This document shows positions 51,181 to 60,925 of a stretch of 64,000 bases of DNA, in pieces. Each line of letters opens with the position of its first letter. Within the stretch, counting starts at the first letter, position 1. The stretch covers positions 141,158 through 205,157 of the forward strand of contig JBHLMN010000012.1 of the NCBI GenBank assembly GCA_048938105.1, read 5' to 3'. The position numbers were made by a program, and so were the translations under genes. This stretch comes from Promethearchaeota archaeon (GTDB lineage: Archaea > Asgardarchaeota > Heimdallarchaeia > Hodarchaeales > Hodarchaeaceae). Under the pieces are notes generated by a model. That model was not told where the DNA came from. It ran no database searches and saw nothing but the letters and a program-made list of their open reading frames with translations.

Positions 51181-52284
51181 ATGAATTATGAAGATTATTA
51201 TGACAAAGTATTTGGTGGGTGGTTAGGTCGGGTTACTGGAAGCCATTTTGGAGCCCCTTTTGAATTTCGTCCGTATTGGTACATCAAAAGGAAGTACTGT
51301 GCTGGTGGAAAAAAGGAAATAACAGGTTACACTAGAGTTGTCAATCCACAAAGTGTAAATGATGATGAAATCTATGAAATTTGTGGCTTATTGGCATTAG
51401 AAGAAAAAGGAGTTAAAATTACTGCTTATGATATTGCAGATCAGTGGAACCGACGTCTTTATAAAAAGCAATATACCGCAGAAAAGATAGCTCTGAAAAA
51501 CATCAAGAAAGGGATTATGCCTCCTGATTCAGCTAGTGAATCAAATGGAAATTACTGGTTCGATGCTATTGGAGGACAGATGAAGGGAGATATTTGGGGA
51601 TTAATTGCTCCAAATCATCCCAGAATCGCTGCTCATTATGCACAGATAGACGGTTCAGTGGCTCACCAAGGTGTCGGTATTGATGGTGAAGTTTTTATTG
51701 CAGCCATGATTGCGAATGCTTTTGGAGAATCCAATATTCAAGAAATAATTCATAAATCACTTGATGTATTATCCACAGAGAGTGTTTATCGAGAATTTGT
51801 AGAAACAACTGAGAAAATATTTGAGAGACATGAAGAATGGAGACCTGCAAGGGAGGAAATGATGCATGAATGGCACCTCATCAGAAAAAGTCTACGAAAA
51901 ACAGCATCATCCTTTAAGAGAGCCAGAATTTTCCTGAAGTACATGCATTGGCTCCACGTTTTACCAAACGCTGGAATCATTGTTTTGAGCTTGTTATATG
52001 GATCAGAAGATAAGATTGATCCTTTTGGTAGACCCATTTGTATTGCTGGAATGATGGGTTTCGATACTGATTGCAATTGTGGTAATATTGGCACCATAAT
52101 GGGTACCATATTCGGTGCTGAAAAAATCCCCTCATCATGGAAAGATCCGCTGGAAGATACTTTCAATACATTTGTTGAGAATTATAGTCAATGGAAAATT
52201 TCTGAACTGGCTAAGAGGATTTGTGATCTTGGTGTAAAGGTCATTGCCTCTAAAGATTCTATTTTAGGGAAAGATATATCATGA
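51181..52284 (+). CDS. ADP-ribosylglycohydrolase-family protein
   Basis: G...GAPFE, NDDE, TAE, GFDTDCNCGNIG..MG...G...IP..W. Confidence 0.85.
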   Translation: MNYEDYYDKVFGGWLGRVTGSHFGAPFEFRPYWYIKRKYCAGGKKEITGYTRVVNPQSVNDDEIYEICGLLALEEKGVKITAYDIADQWNRRLYKKQYTAEKIALKNIKKGIMPPDSASESNGNYWFDAIGGQMKGDIWGLIAPNHPRIAAHYAQIDGSVAHQGVGIDGEVFIAAMIANAFGESNIQEIIHKSLDVLSTESVYREFVETTEKIFERHEEWRPAREEMMHEWHLIRKSLRKTASSFKRARIFLKYMHWLHVLPNAGIIVLSLLYGSEDKIDPFGRPICIAGMMGFDTDCNCGNIGTIMGTIFGAEKIPSSWKDPLEDTFNTFVENYSQWKISELAKRICDLGVKVIASKDSILGKDIS

Positions 52285-52396
52285 ATCAAAAGCAAGAACA
52301 GATGAAATTATTAACAGACATGTTATTAGGAGAAAGAAAAAGTCAGGATACTTCAATAGAATATCCTGGTTTCCTTTAAATTTAATATTTGCGTTG

Positions 52397-55300
52397 CTAC
52401 TTACTTCTTCTCCTAATAAGAGTGATTACTCCTAGAATAACCAACAAGCTATAACCAGTCCATCCAGGGGTACTCCCATCTTGTGTTGTGGAAGAATCTG
52501 TACTTGTTTTGATTGTAGTTTCACTGGATGACTCTGTTGGAGGTGTTGTAGTAGGAGTCGTAGGTGTTGTAGTGGGAGTGGTTGGGTGTGTTGTTGTTTG
52601 GGGCTCTATATTTAGAATAGTAAAGGACGAGTCGGAACTATCTTCATTAGTAAAGCCCAGTTCATCGGTTACAATAACCTTAATAACGTAATTCTCGCCG
52701 TCAGAGACTGTAGTTGTGTCCCACTCAATGTTAGTAACCTCTAGACCTTCTGCTATTGGAGTCCAAGATCCTCCTCCATCAGATGAATAATAAACTGAAT
52801 AATTCAATGAATGACCTAGTGAATCGATAGACGCTGACCATTGAATATTGATTAGTCCGCCTATAACCTCTCCACCAGAAGGATAAAGCACGATAGGTTC
52901 TGAGAGGAGGTGATTTTGAATGATGAATACTTCAGAGATTGCTGTTCTTTCTAGACCTTCATTATTCCATGCTCTTACCATTATTTGATAAGTTAATCCA
53001 TCAGTAACCTTACTTGTATTCCATAAATATCCAGGGGAAGATAAAGTACCCAAAGATGTCCAAGATGTACCCAAATCATTAGAATAATACAGATCATATG
53101 ATATTGGAAACTTATAATTCCAGCTATCAGTTGAAGCAGCCCATTGAATGGAAATAACACCTGATACACTATCCCCTCCTATTGGTTTTGTTATCACAGG
53201 AACAGTAAGGTAATGTCCAACATTCTCAGTTGTAAAAAAGTCATCAGAGATGTCCTCAAGAATGATTCTGACCTCCTTATATGTTACTTCCTGATAGAAT
53301 GCTGTTATTTTGAGTAAATAGTTTGAACTGTTTGTTAAGGTCAATGTATTCCATAAATAAGAGGTTACGTCTAAATCCTTAGCAATCTCTATCCAAGATA
53401 CTCCATTGTTAAGTGAATAGTATAAATTATATGTGAATAGGTTATTTAGAGGATCACTAGCGGCAGTCCATTGAATGGTGACATTTCCAGATAAGGTCTC
53501 TTCCCCATTTGGGAATAATATCGTCGGAAATGTGGGTAAATAGTGATTTGCTAGGAGTAATGGATCAAAATTCGCACCGCCATCAAGAGAATAGGTTTTT
53601 CCATCAAGATACCCGTCTTCATCTGCATCTATTCCAAGTTCATCATTCCAATAATTCTTTTTAAAAACGTTATAAGATCCTGAATCATAAGCCTGTGGAT
53701 TGCCCATGCTATTATTTAAAAAATTGTTAAACATAACAACATTCCAATTGGAGTTAAAAATGTAAACTCCATATTGTGTATTATTAGTGAACTCATTAGT
53801 AAATACTGAATTGTTACTTCCGTAAACTATTTGGATTCCTTTTTCGCTACAATTTGATATAGAGTTCCAATAAACTGTCGTATTAACTTGATATTGTAAT
53901 AATATTCCAGAGCCGCTAGATTGATTATGAATAATATTTGATTTAAGGGTGTTTTCGAATCCATTAAAAATGGCGATAGCAAATCTCATATTGTCATAAA
54001 ATTCATTTTCAGATATCTTTGAATTATTTATTTCATGAAGATCAATGATTCCATTCGTTGATCCACTGTTCCGTAAAAAGAAGTTACCTGAAATAGTAAG
54101 ATTCTCCATGACGGTTCCACAAATAACTTGGCCAGTGTCAGAGAAGATGTTATTGGTTATTCTCGAATTATTGGTAGAATAAATATCCAAAGCAGTATAA
54201 GTACAGGAACTAATTGTATTGTCGTGAATACTCACATTATTGCTAGAATGAATTATAATTCCGCTATAAACGTCTGATAAATGTAAACCTGTTATCTCGA
54301 TGTTTGTACAATTAAAAATAAATACTTGTTCTGTGTATGAAGGGACAGTTAATGGACCAGTCAAATCTTTCCAAAAAATCAGCGGGTTGCCGTTTAATAG
54401 ATTATTTGAAACCTCAGCTTGAGCAAATTGAGCATAGATAGACCCATCAATCAATATATCATTGTTATTTAATATATTGTCTTTAATAGTTGTTCTCTGT
54501 GTATAGTATATTCTAATGCCATTGCTGCCACTATTTTCTATAGTGTTATGGACTAATGTAGTGTCAAACGCCGAATAAAGTTCAATTCCATATGTTGTGC
54601 TATTATAAATTTTATTATGTGACAAGGAATTATGCGTATCCTCAATATATATCCCACGACTATTATTGAACAAAGTATTATTATTGGCGGTGTTCCAAGA
54701 ATTTAGATAAATACCATAATCTATACTATTATTAATGGTGTTATTAATAATAACATGCCAATCATTCGCTTGTATGCCATAATTATTATCATAAAGGACG
54801 TTATTGGTTATAGTACTGTTATAAGCAGTATCCCAGTGTAAAATCCCAGATGATCCAGAGTTCTTGGTATGGTTATAAATTTCATTATCATCAATAGTAG
54901 TATTATAAGTATTCGTAGTGACAATAATTCCACTCCCTACATTACCATGAACAGTATTCTTAGATATAGATGTATTTACGGAATTAACTATGCGCATTCC
55001 ATTGCCATAAGTCCCTGATTGATAATACCAAGAAGAATTGATAGTATTATCCGAAATTGTATTGTAGTATGCAAAATTAGTATATATGCCATTATTCCTA
55101 TTCTTTTGAATAGTATTACCTTCTACACGCGTATGATTTGAACTAGAAAGAACAACACCATCACCATTTGAAGATATTGTATTTCCTGAAATTAATACAT
55201 GAGACGAGGCACTAACACTTACACCACGATTAGTTAAGGTACTGGTAATAGTATTCCCGGTAACATTGATGTTTGATGATCCACCTGAGATTCGAATTCC

Positions 55301-55735
55301 GTAAGTGGCTGAATCTTCAATAAAACTATCTCGAATAAGGATATTTTTAACATTATCAAGGTAAATACCGTAATCGTCCCCCGACAGAGTACAAAAATAT
55401 ATATCAATATATAAATTAGTGTTCAGGATGGAAATTAATCTCCCTGATATCCCAGTTGTTATATTTTGCGCCCAAATACCAAATGGTTTTTCAGCACTAC
55501 CGTCTCGACCGTCAAAAGCCCAGCCATTAGGACCTGCCTGAGAAACTAAATCTGCATCTCCATCTACTGATATAGCCGAGTCAGCCTGTATGGAGCTAAT
55601 TGATTGTGATACAGAAAATAAATCAATTTGCTTATTCTTCGTCTGTTGAAGAAGTGTATATTGACCCCATCCCCACACTACTGATAATGTGATCAAAATA
55701 ATGACAATAACTATTTTTATTAATCGCCACTTCAT
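52397..55735 (-). CDS. Large surface protein: right-handed beta-helix (NosD-like) repeats, three FN3-like domains and a PG-type C-terminal sorting signal
   Basis: Many GI.L..S..N.I..N repeats; three P.GGE..SG...IQW.AS.D...Y..YYS..G.SW...Y.W.T repeats; Thr-rich linker; STPGW-TM-RRRSK. Confidence 0.85.
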   Translation of the reverse strand: MKWRLIKIVIVIILITLSVVWGWGQYTLLQQTKNKQIDLFSVSQSISSIQADSAISVDGDADLVSQAGPNGWAFDGRDGSAEKPFGIWAQNITTGISGRLISILNTNLYIDIYFCTLSGDDYGIYLDNVKNILIRDSFIEDSATYGIRISGGSSNINVTGNTITSTLTNRGVSVSASSHVLISGNTISSNGDGVVLSSSNHTRVEGNTIQKNRNNGIYTNFAYYNTISDNTINSSWYYQSGTYGNGMRIVNSVNTSISKNTVHGNVGSGIIVTTNTYNTTIDDNEIYNHTKNSGSSGILHWDTAYNSTITNNVLYDNNYGIQANDWHVIINNTINNSIDYGIYLNSWNTANNNTLFNNSRGIYIEDTHNSLSHNKIYNSTTYGIELYSAFDTTLVHNTIENSGSNGIRIYYTQRTTIKDNILNNNDILIDGSIYAQFAQAEVSNNLLNGNPLIFWKDLTGPLTVPSYTEQVFIFNCTNIEITGLHLSDVYSGIIIHSSNNVSIHDNTISSCTYTALDIYSTNNSRITNNIFSDTGQVICGTVMENLTISGNFFLRNSGSTNGIIDLHEINNSKISENEFYDNMRFAIAIFNGFENTLKSNIIHNQSSGSGILLQYQVNTTVYWNSISNCSEKGIQIVYGSNNSVFTNEFTNNTQYGVYIFNSNWNVVMFNNFLNNSMGNPQAYDSGSYNVFKKNYWNDELGIDADEDGYLDGKTYSLDGGANFDPLLLANHYLPTFPTILFPNGEETLSGNVTIQWTAASDPLNNLFTYNLYYSLNNGVSWIEIAKDLDVTSYLWNTLTLTNSSNYLLKITAFYQEVTYKEVRIILEDISDDFFTTENVGHYLTVPVITKPIGGDSVSGVISIQWAASTDSWNYKFPISYDLYYSNDLGTSWTSLGTLSSPGYLWNTSKVTDGLTYQIMVRAWNNEGLERTAISEVFIIQNHLLSEPIVLYPSGGEVIGGLINIQWSASIDSLGHSLNYSVYYSSDGGGSWTPIAEGLEVTNIEWDTTTVSDGENYVIKVIVTDELGFTNEDSSDSSFTILNIEPQTTTHPTTPTTTPTTPTTTPPTESSSETTIKTSTDSSTTQDGSTPGWTGYSLLVILGVITLIRRRSK

Positions 55736-56079
55736 TTATTATTCACCTGGTCATTCTAAAGATAATAAAATTCTATCCTGTAAGTTTTGACCTCACCCCT
55801 CCTTATTTTTAAAGCTTTTCCTAACTTTTTCAAAATTAAGAAAAATGTAGATAAAACTTTGAGGATTATAAGCATCGGTTAATCAGTTAGATTTACAACG
55901 AAATTTTATTTGCTTTTAACTGACTTAATCTGCTTCAACCAATTCTTAAGTTGAATTGAGAGAAATTAAAGTGAGATTAATAAAATAAGTATGGTTAATA
56001 ATGTCTTTGAAAGGACTCATTTTTTATTAGTTGATTATATAAACTAATTTAAATCAAAAAAATTTATCAGTCAGAACAA

Positions 56080-56613
56080 GTGATGTTTTTGAATACAGGA
56101 AAAAAAGAAACAAAGAAACCTTTCAGTAAAATTGAAACAATAAATGTTACAATAATGAGTTTAGCCTTCATTTCATTGTTCTTTTCTGGTTTTATCTCTC
56201 AGAATCCATCTTATAATCAAATAGTGGGTATTATGGGTTGGGGTATTTGGATGTTTGGCCTATTATTGGCATTTTCTCCGAATGTTGCTCTTAAAAGAAG
56301 GGGAGGTGTTCCAAAAGGTAAATCATATATTCATACAACAAAATTAGTCAATGATGGAATTTTTGGAATAATACGCCATCCACAGTATATGGGTGGATTA
56401 GTGATCGCTTTTTCAATGTGTTTAATTGTTCAAACACCTCTTACATACGTTTTGGCTGTCATCGCGATGATCACAGCTTATTTATCGATGGTTTTCGAAG
56501 AACAACGGCTAGTTATTAAATTTGGTTCTGCGTATGAGATATATAAGACTGAAGTTCCAAGAGCTAATTTTATCATTGGGGTAATAAGACAATTGAGGAA
56601 ATCAAAAGTGTAG
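56080..56613 (+). CDS. ICMT/PEMT-family membrane methyltransferase
   Basis: LVNDGIFGIIRHPQY, EEQRL..KFG..Y..YK..VP. Confidence 0.85.
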   Translation: MMFLNTGKKETKKPFSKIETINVTIMSLAFISLFFSGFISQNPSYNQIVGIMGWGIWMFGLLLAFSPNVALKRRGGVPKGKSYIHTTKLVNDGIFGIIRHPQYMGGLVIAFSMCLIVQTPLTYVLAVIAMITAYLSMVFEEQRLVIKFGSAYEIYKTEVPRANFIIGVIRQLRKSKV

Positions 56614-56673
56614 ATCCAAATCCCTTTAGACAATGCTTTTTTTTAGATTATAATTGAGCAAAAAGCTAGGGAA

Positions 56674-57363
56674 TTACGTTTCAGAAAATGGTATTTTCCC
56701 TGCCTTTTTCCAAGCTCTTTTCATAACAGGATTTTTGTTTAGAAATACAGTTACAATATTTGATGGTGTTTTATTCATAGCACACGAAAAATTGGGACAT
56801 CTTTGACAAGCATAACCAAGTAAAACTTTGCTGAAGTAGATCATTAATGCAATAAAAACAAATGTAAAGATTATCAGTAGAATTCCTAGTAATAGATTGT
56901 CAAGGGGATTTAAAATAAACGCTAGAAGTCCCCCAACTATTCCGATAAATGGAAATAGGTCAATAAACGCTCCTAAGGAAAGCATTGCTATCTTTTCAAT
57001 CCTTGTAATGGGACCTGGGTGATAATTCCATAACTTTGGCATTCCACGAAGAGCCCAGCATTTTAGGACCTTCCCCTTTTTCTCATAAAAAGGACAGTGA
57101 CTACATAGTAATCTTGGCTCTAAAATAAAGAACACAAGAATAATTCCTCCCAAATAAATCGGCATTAACCAGAATTGATCTAATATAACACCAGCCAAGT
57201 ATAATATTACTAATGCTACCACACGATACGCTGTATTTCCCAAGAGAAATTTATGTGAAAATGAATCATCAAATCTACATATTAAATGATCTTTCAATTC
57301 GCACTCCGAGCAATTGGAATCCTCATTAGCAATACAATTCATCTTTTGATTTATGATAGTCAT
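56674..57363 (-). CDS. Cys-rich membrane protein, probable metal binding
   Basis: C..CSEC..C, LLCSHCPFY..C, CQRCPNFSC separated by TM pairs. Confidence 0.6.
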   Translation of the reverse strand: MTIINQKMNCIANEDSNCSECELKDHLICRFDDSFSHKFLLGNTAYRVVALVILYLAGVILDQFWLMPIYLGGIILVFFILEPRLLCSHCPFYEKKGKVLKCWALRGMPKLWNYHPGPITRIEKIAMLSLGAFIDLFPFIGIVGGLLAFILNPLDNLLLGILLIIFTFVFIALMIYFSKVLLGYACQRCPNFSCAMNKTPSNIVTVFLNKNPVMKRAWKKAGKIPFSET

Positions 57364-57470
57364 TCTATAATATAACCTTCAAGGAAAATTATGCTAAAGT
57401 TGGTTTGTAATGGAATTTAAAACTAAAGTATACTAAGCAGCTAAATTTAGGCTAATTTTGAGATTTTTGA

Positions 57471-58151
57471 TCATTTCGGTTTCTTTGCTTTCAACTTGGT
57501 TTTGGGGATTTTAGCCTTTATATCCTCAAAAATAGGTGGTGGAGTAATTTTTTTCTTCACAGGGGTTTTCATGTGAATTTTTGGGGGTGGAGGTTGGTTA
57601 ATTGAAGTTTTATTTTCCTTTTTTCCTCCCATTATGGGATGTTTATTTGAGCCTTTTTTTGGTATTTTCCTTTGAATTTTTGGGGGTGGTCTATTGACTG
57701 TGTTTGATAAGGCTTTTTTTGAATGAACTACTCCTGTTGACCGAGGTATCGTATTAATTTTGTTAATCTGTTTAGGAACTGGTGTTTTCTTATTTAGAGC
57801 TGACTTTTTACTAGTACTATTTGGAATTAATCCTTTATTTGAGGGAGATTTCGCTTCATAAGGAACAGATTCCTTTATTGGAGGAAGAGTAGATTTAAAA
57901 GAATCTTTTTTATTTTGGTCAAAACTCCCATGGTCTGAGGGTAGTTTTACCTCATCCTTTGCGATTCCTCCTCTCTGCTTCGGTGGAGGAAGTTCAAATG
58001 ATTCAACATCATATTTTTCAGGTGTCTTCTGTTTGATTTCTTGTTCTCTAGAACTCACGGGAATTTTACTCTTGATTTTGTCACTAGGTTTTTTCTCGCG
58101 TATTTTTTGTCTGGCCAATGTATTCTCAGAATCCTTGACTGGGTTTATCAA
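57471..58151 (-). CDS. Lys/Pro-rich low-complexity protein
   Basis: Repeated PPPK/PPPI motifs; no hydrophobic core; TTG start; last gene of the co-directional ubiquitin cluster. Confidence 0.55.
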   Translation of the reverse strand: MINPVKDSENTLARQKIREKKPSDKIKSKIPVSSREQEIKQKTPEKYDVESFELPPPKQRGGIAKDEVKLPSDHGSFDQNKKDSFKSTLPPIKESVPYEAKSPSNKGLIPNSTSKKSALNKKTPVPKQINKINTIPRSTGVVHSKKALSNTVNRPPPKIQRKIPKKGSNKHPIMGGKKENKTSINQPPPPKIHMKTPVKKKITPPPIFEDIKAKIPKTKLKAKKPK

Positions 58152-58222
58152 TAGTCTCGATCTATTTGTTAGTAATACACTAACTGGATCTTATAATATT
58201 AACGAATTGAATGGGAACAACC

Positions 58223-58822
58223 TTATCGACTTAATAAAAATCCTATTCCTGAAAAAAGAAAGAATAATCCATATAGAACTCCAATTAAATCAAAAATGAT
58301 AAATCCTGTTAATAGGAATAAGATACCAAATACAAAAAATGTGAAAAGTGCTGTCCATTCAGCAGATGGTCCTCTCTCCGATTGGGAGGTTAATCTAATG
58401 AATTTATATCGTGTGAAACTTCTTATCAAAAGTGCTGTGGATACTGCAAGGTAAGGAAATGCTAAAATTGATGCGAGTGTTATTCGAAGCTGAATAAAAT
58501 CCTCAGCTGGTAAAATCTCGATATTAAATGTTAATAATGCTTCTTGTCCAGGAGGGAAAAGAGGACTAGTGAGTAATACGCATAATGGAATGATATTTGC
58601 CAATGAAAAGAAGTATATTTCATTTAACGTAGCTTTTACGTCTATATAGTATAATAGTCTTAGGAAATAAAAGATTGTGATCGTTGTATAGAATGTTAAA
58701 AATACTAGACTTAATGCGATATTATCCTCATCTCTAATGAAAAAGAATATACTTGCAGCGAGACCCATGAGGAATACAAAATACGCAATTGAATGTCGTG
58801 AAACGATCCTGATTACCTCCAA
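58223..58822 (-). CDS. About 6-TM membrane protein overlapping the RING gene
   Basis: Six hydrophobic segments; start overlaps the RING gene end by 10 nt. Confidence 0.7.
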   Translation of the reverse strand: MEVIRIVSRHSIAYFVFLMGLAASIFFFIRDEDNIALSLVFLTFYTTITIFYFLRLLYYIDVKATLNEIYFFSLANIIPLCVLLTSPLFPPGQEALLTFNIEILPAEDFIQLRITLASILAFPYLAVSTALLIRSFTRYKFIRLTSQSERGPSAEWTALFTFFVFGILFLLTGFIIFDLIGVLYGLFFLFSGIGFLLSR

Positions 58823-59967
58823 CGACTGTTTAGATGATTATTTTGATACATTTTAATTAATTTCTCATAACTTTTCCCCGAAAGCCGATACATTTTCTCT
58901 GTTGAAAGTGGTTTATTGCAGCGGGAGCAGATATTCGCCACACTCAACCATTTCTCCAGTTCATGTGAATGTGCTGGGTGTCCGCAGTGGGGGCATATGA
59001 CAACTCGTTTGTTTGCCTCTGTAGGAAATTCATAACAAAAAATACAACGAAAATCATCATCTGTTAAATGTTGTCCTGCAGGTATGAGTTTTGAAAGAAT
59101 TGCTGGAGGTATTTTTTCAATACGAGTGATATTAACCCCTGTATCTATTCCTGGAACAATATTCACTAAATTATGAGTTGTAGGGCGTGTTCTGATTATT
59201 GTTTGAGCTGAAGTTGGTCGCACTACTGTTGATAGACCACTTCGAGAAGGTTCTAGTTGTCTACTTGGTGAAGAAGGTGTTTGGGGTGCTCTGCTTCGAC
59301 TAGTTTGTCTAGTTAAAGAACGTTGGGGTCTCCTCACAGGTATTCGACGGATTGGGACTAAGATAATCTTTAGTACATAATGTTGCAGAAATAAAATAAA
59401 ACTTATTGATACAAATCCTAATCCACTGAGCTCTATGGATCCTGTTTCGATCCAATAGAAGCTTAAAATTAAAATCATCCCAAAATTATATATAATAACT
59501 AATTCATTTTGATACTTCTTTCTAAAGACGAATATTACTGGATAACGACCAGAATAATATTTTCGGATGAGTAATAATAGGAAAATGAAGGGTGGTAATA
59601 CAAAAACTATACTGAATAGATTTAGAAATAAAAAAAATCTATCTATGTTGAGAAAATTAATGTTAAGTGTCATTTCAAGAAGAGATGTTTGAAAAAAACC
59701 TTCTTCTCCTAATGATGCGTGTTGAGTGAGAAATGTTCCCCCTAATGCAACTAATGATGGAATTAAGATGAATAATGCAGAGGCGATTGGTGCATTAAAA
59801 CGTTGAAAGTATTGCCACTCATCAAGAAATTTAATGGATAATACGATTACTAAAGTAATATAAAGAATGGTTAGGGCTACTTCTGTTTGTTGTTCAGTAA
59901 TTAATGTGAGTACCACGAAAACGAATCCTACTACACAAATGGAAAGATAAACATTTCGTCTATCCAA
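58813..59967 (-). CDS. Polytopic membrane protein with C-terminal RING-type zinc finger (putative E3 ligase)
   Basis: About 6 TM, R/P/S/T-rich linker, CIFC-x13-CPHCGHPAHSHELEKW-x6-CSRC; in an operon with E1/E2. Confidence 0.8.
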   Translation of the reverse strand: MDRRNVYLSICVVGFVFVVLTLITEQQTEVALTILYITLVIVLSIKFLDEWQYFQRFNAPIASALFILIPSLVALGGTFLTQHASLGEEGFFQTSLLEMTLNINFLNIDRFFLFLNLFSIVFVLPPFIFLLLLIRKYYSGRYPVIFVFRKKYQNELVIIYNFGMILILSFYWIETGSIELSGLGFVSISFILFLQHYVLKIILVPIRRIPVRRPQRSLTRQTSRSRAPQTPSSPSRQLEPSRSGLSTVVRPTSAQTIIRTRPTTHNLVNIVPGIDTGVNITRIEKIPPAILSKLIPAGQHLTDDDFRCIFCYEFPTEANKRVVICPHCGHPAHSHELEKWLSVANICSRCNKPLSTEKMYRLSGKSYEKLIKMYQNNHLNSRWR

Positions 59968-59985
59968 CTAGATTTCAACCTCACA

Positions 59986-60894
59986 TTATTTTTCATGGTC
60001 ATATTCTAGAAACATACGGCCTTTCTCCCTTGTGAGGGGAAGTAGCGTATTGATCATTTCAGGAAGACTTTCTAAGGGACAATTCAATACTCTATAATGA
60101 GGTTCTTCCCATGTCTTCATATCTTCCTTTAAACGAAAGATCTTGAACCCATAAGAACTACTGGATATCTTTGTAGGGTCAATAACCAAAGCAATGGGGG
60201 CAGTAATTTGTGAATTCCGTGCCCCAAGCCGTTGATATCGAACTTGAGTCTTATAATCCGTTTGACTCATGAATGCTCCATATGAAGGATGAGAATGGTA
60301 CCATCCAAGAATAATCTGGTTTTTATTATGAGATTTAATCTCATTATATACTCTAACCATGGATTGTGGGTCGTGAATTTGAGTATTCACATTTGTTCCA
60401 TGCCCTATAGGAAAAGCATCTTCAATAACTAAACAGGCTAATGGAGTATCATTACTTTCTATATGGCCTGTAAGAAGTCCAATCACTTCTATCCAATCTC
60501 TTTGGGGTACATCTGGATTTGCATACTTCAACGCATGTAAGGCTAGTTTAATATAAGCTTTAAGATGAATTTTCACTCGAGAAGGTTCTGATTCTGGATT
60601 TAAATCATTCAAACTTAAATCAACACTTTCTAAGTCCTCTAAAATTCCATTCTGTTCCTCTCTTTGAGTAAGTTCGGATTTAGGAATAATATTTTCATCT
60701 AGTCTTAAAGAAATTAGATCAGAAGGTTTTATCTTTATTTTTTTGTCTCTTAAAGTTTCAAACCCTGTATTAGGCTGATAATTGAAAGCAGGGAATTTTA
60801 ATGTAAAAGAGAAAGTCTCAGGATCAAAGGTTAACGCAAGGTCTCTAAGTAATATCTCGAAAATATTTTGCAGATCCTTTTTCTCTTTTGACAT
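59986..60894 (-). CDS. JAMM/MPN+ metalloisopeptidase (Rpn11-like deconjugase)
   Basis: EVIGLL...GWYHSHPSYGAFMSQTD, ALVIDP; N-terminal extension of about 100 aa. Confidence 0.92.
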   Translation of the reverse strand: MSKEKKDLQNIFEILLRDLALTFDPETFSFTLKFPAFNYQPNTGFETLRDKKIKIKPSDLISLRLDENIIPKSELTQREEQNGILEDLESVDLSLNDLNPESEPSRVKIHLKAYIKLALHALKYANPDVPQRDWIEVIGLLTGHIESNDTPLACLVIEDAFPIGHGTNVNTQIHDPQSMVRVYNEIKSHNKNQIILGWYHSHPSYGAFMSQTDYKTQVRYQRLGARNSQITAPIALVIDPTKISSSSYGFKIFRLKEDMKTWEEPHYRVLNCPLESLPEMINTLLPLTREKGRMFLEYDHEK

Positions 60895-60925
60895 CTTCTA
60901 AACCATCACTTATGAATCCTGACTC

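Noticed and set aside
52530-52600. Short tandem-like GTTGTAGT repeats
   Set aside because: They encode the Thr/Pro linker of the surface protein; not a CRISPR or DNA-level element.
2991-56613. A eukaryote-like CaaX processing pathway (CPBP/Rce1-like proteases, ICMT-like enzymes, small GTPases)
   Set aside because: Neither GTPase has a C-terminal Cys, no prenyltransferase is seen, the genes are scattered, and both enzyme families are common in prokaryotes.
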